Source: Eledone cirrhosa (Eukaryota). Taken from it: 64,000 bases of DNA. How positions within the stretch are numbered: position 1 is the stretch's first letter; each line of letters starts with the position of its first letter. Shown piece by piece: positions 59,050 to 64,000 of this stretch. The notes beneath the pieces are model-generated. The model saw only the letters and a list, made by a program, of their open reading frames with translations, was not told where the DNA came from and ran no database searches. The stretch is taken from positions 17,980,001 to 18,044,000 of the forward strand of contig OZ024748.1 of the NCBI GenBank assembly GCA_964016885.1. Direction: 5' to 3'. Position numbers and translations under genes: made by a program.

Positions 59050-59250
59050 CATCTATCTTCCAAGCTAGCATGGGTTTGACTGGTTTGTCCCATTTTGAGT
59101 TGGGTCAGGTGACCGTGTCTCGCTCATATAGGACTGTTTCTGGCTGGTTTTCTATGGCTGGATGCCCTTTCTGGAGCCAACCACATTAACAGTGTGTACT
59201 GGGTGCTTTTTGTCGTGTCACCTACACAACCACTTTACAGTGTGGGCTGA
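59050..59250 (-). mobile_element. Meta-like module + RTE tail fragment
   Basis: Reverse complement matches 30905-31070. Confidence 0.7.
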
Positions 59251-59503
59251 ATGTTATATTATATATATATGTATATTTATATATATATATGTGTATTTAT
59301 ATATATGTATGTGTATATATATATATGTATATTTATATATATATATGTATATATATATATGTATATTTATATGTATATATATATATAAATATACATATAT
59401 ATATATATATAAATATACATATATATATATACTCATACATATATATATAAATATACATATATATATATATATACACATAGAAGAATCTGTAGCAGAGAAC
59501 AAC

Positions 59504-59566
<63 letters not shown>

Positions 59567-59575
59567 ATATATATT

Positions 59576-59611
59576 TCTTCTGATGAAGGACTAGTGTCCG
59601 AAACGTTAAGA
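59576..59611 (+). ncRNA. Minimal hammerhead ribozyme motif
   Basis: tctt-CTGATGA-a-ggac-tagt-gtcc-GAAA-CG-TT-aaga, with a palindromic AACGTT helix III, at the start of a unique insert in (TA)n. Confidence 0.7.
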
Positions 59612-59742
59612 CCCTCTTTCTGCTGTATCAAGCGTTAACCTAATATATCCCTTCCATATCATCATCATCAGGTCGAGCTTGCATATACTGTACCGATTGT
59701 GTTGTTATTTCTGTTTACCTTTTACATACATTTATATATATA

Positions 59743-59791
<49 letters not shown>

Positions 59792-59867
59792 TGTTAGGTT
59801 CTCGCTAAAACAATTTCTATACCTTTTATTTATATATATATATATAAATAAAAAAATTTCTATACCT

Positions 59868-59913
<46 letters not shown>

Positions 59914-60429
59914 AAAAAAAAAATAAATAAATAAATAAATACATACACAAGCACAATAACAACAAGCACATAAACACACACTAGTCACCCATCACACAGC
60001 AAACAAAACACTATACACACACGCAAACGCATGCGCAAAGAAGACAAAATAAAATAAAATAAACAAACAAGCAAATAAATAAATAAATATATAGACAGAC
60101 TGAATAAAAATGGCGTAGACATACAATACAACAGGAGGATAATATAACACCACTGACGATGTTGCAGATGTGCAACGAAAGATTTATGATAAACTATATA
60201 TATGTGTTTGTGTCTATATTGTATCTGTATTATTTTTGACCGTTGGTCAGTCAATGGCAACATTGAGGACCGAGTAAGTTAGATTACCGATATAAAAGAC
60301 ACAGAAGCGAGAAGCGAAAACCAACCAAACAGTGAGTGTGTTCTGTTATTAATTCTGGCAATATTACACAAATATGACCCTCCCCTATATATATATATAT
60401 ATACATATATACATATGTATATATATATA

Positions 60430-60536
<107 letters not shown>

Positions 60537-60961
60537 GAAGATGCATAAGTATGAGTGATTGTATGTAGGTATGTAGGTATGTATGTATGTATATGAGTTA
60601 TATTTATTTAAACCTTATAAACAAATAAAAACAAATTTGAGATTTTCTATGAAGGCGGACGTAAACACAAAAGTTCAACATAGAAGGTCAATAACTTTTA
60701 AACAGGGTAAACAATTTGAGATTATTTTAACCTAAAGTTAAGTGAAGTGTGAATTTATAGCTGCTAATATTCAACACTGATTTCAATTATAATTATGATT
60801 TAATATGTTATGGTGACGATAAATTTTCATATGACCTAGCTGGAAGTAAATCTCTTGGTGTCTTGTCTAGACATTCAAAGACAAAGATCGGGTTTGAATT
60901 TGAGCCAGAATTATTCGATTATGAAATTAGGATTGCTGGCCTTGTGCCTAAATTAGAAACT

Positions 60962-61145
60962 CTTTTTCTGTCTTCTTTTTCTTCTCCTTCGTCTTTTTCT
61001 TCTTTTTCTTCTTTTTCTTCTTTTTCTTCTTTTTCTTCTTTTTCTTCTTTTTCTTCTTTTTCTTCTTTTTCTTCTTTTTCTTCTTTTTCTTCTTTTTCTT
61101 GTCATTTCTTTTTTTTCTTCTTTTTCTGATTTCTTCTTCTTCTTC
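60962..61145. repeat. (TTTTTCTTC)n 9-bp array
   Basis: Direct reading. Confidence 0.95.
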
Positions 61146-61209
61146 TTGTCATCATCATAACAACACATCCACTATGATATTATTGTTGTTGTTGTTGTTG
61201 TTATTGTTG

Positions 61210-61420
61210 GATTGTCAGAATTGGTGGAGCATCGGACACCATGTTTTGCAGCATAGAGTTTCAGACCTTTATCTTCTGAGTTCAAATCCCTCCGAGGGTT
61301 AACTTTGCCTTTCATCCTTACGGAGCCGATAAAATAAAGTACCAGTAATGCACTGGGATAATTGCTGGCCTTGTGCCAAAAGTAGAAACATTATTATTAT
61401 TATTATTATCATTACTATTA
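61210..61420 (+). mobile_element. Family-B SINE
   Basis: Matches 58262-58447. Confidence 0.85.
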
Positions 61421-61554
61421 TTGTTTTTCACAGTAAATTGAGTCACTACTGGACCTTCTAGTGTGTATGTGCAGGGGTTAACAGGTGGACTTTTGGAGGA
61501 GGGCAGTTTGTGATTTGAGATCTATTTTGCATGACACCATCAGAGTTTTTAGTG

Positions 61555-61972
61555 GAGGGGGAGGAGGAGAGAACAAGAGGAGGGGAGGAGGAAGGAGGAG
61601 GAAGAAGAGGCAGAAAAGAGTGGAGGATGAAAAAGAAAAAGGAGGGGGGGGGGAAGAAGAAAGAGGAGGAAGAAGACAAAGTAGAGAGGGGGAGGAGGAA
61701 GAAGACAAAGTAGAGAGAGGGGAGACAAAGTAGTGAGGGGGAGGAGAAGGAGGAAGACAAAGTAGAGAAGGGGAGGATGAAGAAGACAAAGTAGTGAGGG
61801 AGAGGAGGAAGAAGACAAAGTAGAGGGCGGGGGGACAAAGTAGTGAAGGGGGGGACAAAGTAGAGAAGGGGAGGAGGAAGAAGACAAAGTAGGAGGGGGA
61901 GGAGGAAGAAGACAAAGTAGAGAGGGGGAGGAGGAAGAAGATAAAGTAGAGAGGCGAAGAAAGAGGAGGAGA
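61555..61972. repeat. Purine-rich minisatellite (gaagacaaagtag core)
   Basis: Direct reading. Confidence 0.9.
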
Positions 61973-62183
61973 TTCTAAAGAATTTAAAATCAGAATCAGA
62001 AAGATATGCCAATATTTATCTAAAGCGACTTTTTATCTGTCAAATATTCTAAGTAAATCAAAGATAAACAGGAAAAGAGTTTTGCCATTAATCTGACAGG
62101 TAAATTTACAGAATATTTGCCAAACTATGACAAAACTATGAAATAAGTAGGCCGGGCAAAAAACAAACAAACAAACAAACAAT

Positions 62184-62522
62184 ATCATCATTTCATTTTA
62201 CGTCCACTTTTCCCTGCTTGCAAGGGTGGGACGGGAACTGATTCTGGCTTGATTTCTACAGCTGGATGCCCTTCCTAACACCAACCTCATTTACAGTGAG
62301 TGCTGGGTGCTTTTTTTTTTTTTGCCGTGGCACCTCCACGACCACTTTGCAGTGGAATGATAGGGACCCCAGTCCCTATCATCTCATTTCTACAGCTGAG
62401 TAAACTGGAGCAATGTGAAATAAAGTGTCTTGCTCAAGGAAACAACACATCACCCGGTCTGAGAATTGAACTCACAACCTTTCGATTGCAAGGCCAATGT
62501 TCTAACCACTAAGCCATGTGCC
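62184..62522 (-). mobile_element. Family-A SINE, full length
   Basis: Reverse complement of 58565-58890. Confidence 0.9.
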
Positions 62523-62528
62523 TATATG

Positions 62529-62592
<64 letters not shown>

Positions 62593-62616
62593 TATATATG
62601 TATGTATGTATGTGTA

Positions 62617-62950
62617 ACTAGCGACTAAACTGGCAACCCCACCAAGGTTTCTTGGTGAGGAGGGTGACTTTGGACATCCTGCAGGACTAAAAACAAAACC
62701 TGTCAAAGGGCAAAGGAGCTCTTAAGAGTCAATGGCCATCCAAAATCACCGAGAGAGATGACCCCTTAGCCTTTGTCAAGACAGAATTCTAGGAGAAGGA
62801 AAACTCTGATATAACACCTGCAACCCTGATGGTATCCAATGATGTTGACTTGTTCTTCTTTTTGGTAAATATCATCTTGGTTAAGAGAGTGGGACTGGCT
62901 TTGTGCAGTGCCTTTGCTCACTATAAAAGCTTCACGGCACAGGCATTGCT
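62617..62950 (+). mobile_element. RTE 5'-UTR-like dispersed repeat
   Basis: ctaggagaaggaaaactctga motif; homology to 36870-37085 and 49880-49910. Confidence 0.55.
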
Positions 62951-63206
62951 TTATATCTGGAGATCTCTCTGCACTTGTCGTCACATGGTACCATGGGCCC
63001 AGCACTATGTGTCAATGGTTGTCACAAGTTTAGTGTTTGTACCAGAGTTTTCAAGTCACTGGCTGGACTAAAAAGTCACACTCGTTCAGCGCATCGGTAG
63101 GGGTTCTCCTACATGGATATAAACTAGTGGCCGTACTCGAAAACGAGTTGGCAGCCACCATGTATATGTATGTATGTATGTATGTATATATGTGTATATA
63201 TATATG

Positions 63207-63239
<33 letters not shown>

Positions 63240-63312
63240 ATATATATATATGTATGTGTGTATATATATGTATATATATGTGTATATATATATATGTGTG
63301 TATATATATATA

Positions 63313-63353
<41 letters not shown>

Positions 63354-63385
63354 ATATATATATATATGTATGTATATATATATAC

Positions 63386-63578
63386 ATGGAAAAGTAAGAA
63401 ATCGGAGAACAGACCGTTAATACATGTTTATTTAAAACAGCACCTACGTACATTTCGCCCGGTTGAGCTCTGCCGTCGGGGTTAAACATTTTCCTATTAC
63501 CCACTCTACTACCCTAAGTATTGAGTACTCTGGTGCGTTATGGTCCATCTGTTTCCTTACCACTCTTCCTTCGTTTTA
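63386..63578 (+). mobile_element. Mini-element of the third family with a heterologous inverted hammerhead half
   Basis: 63460-63575 matches the reverse complement of 57180-57275. The left part reads on minus gcGAAA-T-GTAC-G-TA...aataaa. Confidence 0.6.
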
Positions 63579-63614
63579 TATATATATATATTTATATATA
63601 TATAATAGTAATGT

Positions 63615-63667
<53 letters not shown>

Positions 63668-64000
63668 TATTACAATTATTTTCACAATTATTTATATTTA
63701 ATGTCATAATATATCTTTGTGTTAGCTTTAGTGTATTTTTTATTCCTGTTGAATAAGAGTTTAGGATGAGTCGCTAACTCTTATTTCTTGCCTTAACAAA
63801 TGCCAATTTTTATTTTTGAAATCTTAGTGTACAAAGTCATCCCAAGAAATTCTACTTCAAAGATCTTTAATCTATTAATCCAAGGTAGGAATCTCACATA
63901 GTTGCTTTCATAAAACTGTGCCTTCCGCTACGTTATATTTTTTATGACGTATTCCACTTAAATGATTGCTAATGTTATGTAGAATTAGTGAGGAGATGGA

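Overview
AT-rich, repeat-saturated eukaryotic (metazoan) intergenic or intronic DNA with no credible host protein-coding exon. Almost every ORF in the track is a translation of (TA)n/(CA)n/(GGT)n/(CAT)n microsatellites or minisatellites. The SINE repertoire (tRNA-headed CORE-like, Nin-like and Meta-like modules) looks like that of an Octopus-type cephalopod (inference from recalled repeat sequences, no search run). Recognisable coding relics are all transposon fragments: several RTE LINE 3' ends, R4/Dong-like restriction-endonuclease LINE ends in (TAA)n, a Tx1-like 3' end, a Penelope-like GIY-YIG fragment and a Merlin (IS1595/ISXO2-like) transposase remnant. Mariner- and piggyBac-type MITEs are also present. 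The most striking signal is about a dozen short (roughly 100-450 bp) inserts in (TA)n tracts that belong to several sequence families yet share an architecture. Most have a fold-back (inverted duplication), many carry a minimal hammerhead-ribozyme core (CTGA[T/A]GA...GAAA-palindrome-NTH), and most have a conserved ACTC-N11-17-GAGTRCT hairpin just outside the duplicated arm. A Penelope-like GIY-YIG relic at 33.0-34.0 kb shows the same architecture, which suggests these are non-autonomous ribozyme-bearing mini-PLEs.
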